64,000 bases of DNA from an uncultured Armatimonadia bacterium (lineage in GTDB: Bacteria > Armatimonadota > Zipacnadia > CAVVLO01). The stretch covers positions 256,001 to 320,000 of the forward strand of contig CAVVLO010000003.1 of the NCBI GenBank assembly GCA_963749155.1, written 5' to 3'. Made by a program: the position numbers and the translations under genes. The number at the start of each line of letters is the position of its first letter. The stretch's first letter is position 1. Below are positions 63,045-64,000 of the stretch, in pieces. The notes beneath the pieces were generated by a model. That model was not told the origin of the DNA. It was given only the letters and a program-made list of their open reading frames with translations, and did no database searches.

Positions 63045-64000
63045 TTAAGCCTCGAGTACCAGCACCCAGTCGTGGACGCAAGGCGCTTTGGGAGGTTTCC
63101 AGTTGCCTTCGGCATCGCCCTCGGCCTCACCGAGTTCGGTCACATCGCCGGTGCGAGTGTCCCAGTACCAGGCCTTGTACACCACGCCAGGCTCCAGCTT
63201 GGCTATAAGCGGCGGCTCCCAGTTGAAGGGCAGATAAACAACCCGGACACGCCCAGGAATACCAACCGCGGTCGAGGCGTTCCACGCCGCCTGGGAGGTG
63301 TCAGGCACCAGCCACTCCGGATGGCGCTCGAATTCCCAAAAGGGGAACCTGCGCCAAAGCTGCGCGCCAAGCCCCACCTGACGTGAGCCCGGTAGCTGGG
63401 CTGCTTCCTGCCAGGGGGTATCCCCCCAGGAGTTGCCGTGCGGCGAGGCCCCGTAAGGCTTGCCTGGCGCGTTGAGCTGCCAGATGCCATTGGCCCCGTA
63501 GGTGAAGCCAGCCGCCCCGTTGATAGTTGTGTGCCAGAAGTCCAGCCGCTGGATGTTCTCGAAGCTGCGCCCGAGGATGCCTTCGTAGTTGACCTCGGAG
63601 TTCACCACCGGCTTGCGCGGCTCTCGCTCGAAGGCCTTGCGCGTCATATCGATGGTCGGCGCGACGGTGTCCATATCGCCATGGCCGGTCTGGAGCATCT
63701 CGAAATCCATCGCTGTATCGTCCGCGACCTCGTGCCGCCCGAAGCCCATCGGGTGGATGGAGAGGGGATTATGGAAGGGATCAGTCGCCTTGAGGTAGCC
63801 CATCACTTCCGTCCAGCCATCCCGCTGCTCTTCCGATGGCTTGGGGAAGCCCTCGACCAGATACCACGGCATCATACTCTCGCCGCACACGCACCAGGCG
63901 ACCGGATAAGCCGAATACCGGGCTATTAGATAACGCCAAAAACGCTTTATCTTCGGCACACCTATGAAGGGCAGATAATAGCCCCACATCCCCACGATAA
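63045..64000 (-). CDS. 3' part of a DUF4038/apiosidase-like glycosidase (5' end outside the window)
   Basis: YLIARYSAYPVAWCVCGE, DPFH..SIHP, MLQTGH, EVNYEG, GFTYGANGIW, WDTRTG, DWVLVL. Confidence 0.8.
   Translation of the reverse strand, partial: IVGMWGYYLPFIGVPKIKRFWRYLIARYSAYPVAWCVCGESMMPWYLVEGFPKPSEEQRDGWTEVMGYLKATDPFHNPLSIHPMGFGRHEVADDTAMDFEMLQTGHGDMDTVAPTIDMTRKAFEREPRKPVVNSEVNYEGILGRSFENIQRLDFWHTTINGAAGFTYGANGIWQLNAPGKPYGASPHGNSWGDTPWQEAAQLPGSRQVGLGAQLWRRFPFWEFERHPEWLVPDTSQAAWNASTAVGIPGRVRVVYLPFNWEPPLIAKLEPGVVYKAWYWDTRTGDVTELGEAEGDAEGNWKPPKAPCVHDWVLVLEA

Noticed and set aside
1..64000. tRNA, rRNA or known riboswitch
   Set aside because: No cloverleaf, rRNA signature or recognisable riboswitch consensus was found by eye in the intergenic regions; a covariance-model search is needed to exclude them.

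Overview
A GC-rich bacterial chromosomal segment, probably from a polysaccharide degrader (PEP-CTERM protein, many secreted CAZymes; Armatimonadota/PVC-like by inference only). It holds about 45 genes. Most are secreted glycan-processing enzymes: GH2, GH5-like, GH29, GH95, GH116-like, GH140/DUF4038-like, CE15, a sulfatase, beta-helix and beta-propeller proteins and DUF4838. The rest include two URO-D-family proteins, two DUF3887 alpha/beta hydrolases, two tautomerases, an Rrf2 regulator, a HIRAN-ARPP-1 fusion, a GT-C glycosyltransferase, MgtC/DUF4010 and a nucleotidyltransferase. About 13 genes carry single-base frameshifts, most likely long-read consensus errors. I found no rRNA, tRNA, CRISPR array or transposase. 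The most striking pattern is three accessory domains inserted in frame inside host enzyme domains in circularly permuted order: PA14, a WSYG/WTAP beta-sandwich and LamG. Two of them are bounded by exact in-frame direct repeats (GCGGGCC, 489 nt apart; TCCCCCCGC, 669 nt apart), as expected if a circular DNA had integrated by single crossover. Other highlights: a recurrent GCAGGA-N17-GAA promoter-like motif, two dispersed REP-like hairpin families with covarying stems, a tautomerase fused to an Arg/Gly-rich disordered tail, a decayed Zn-finger nuclease gene bracketed by REPs, and two small ORFs missed by the ORF track. All family assignments come from motif recognition by eye, not from database searches.
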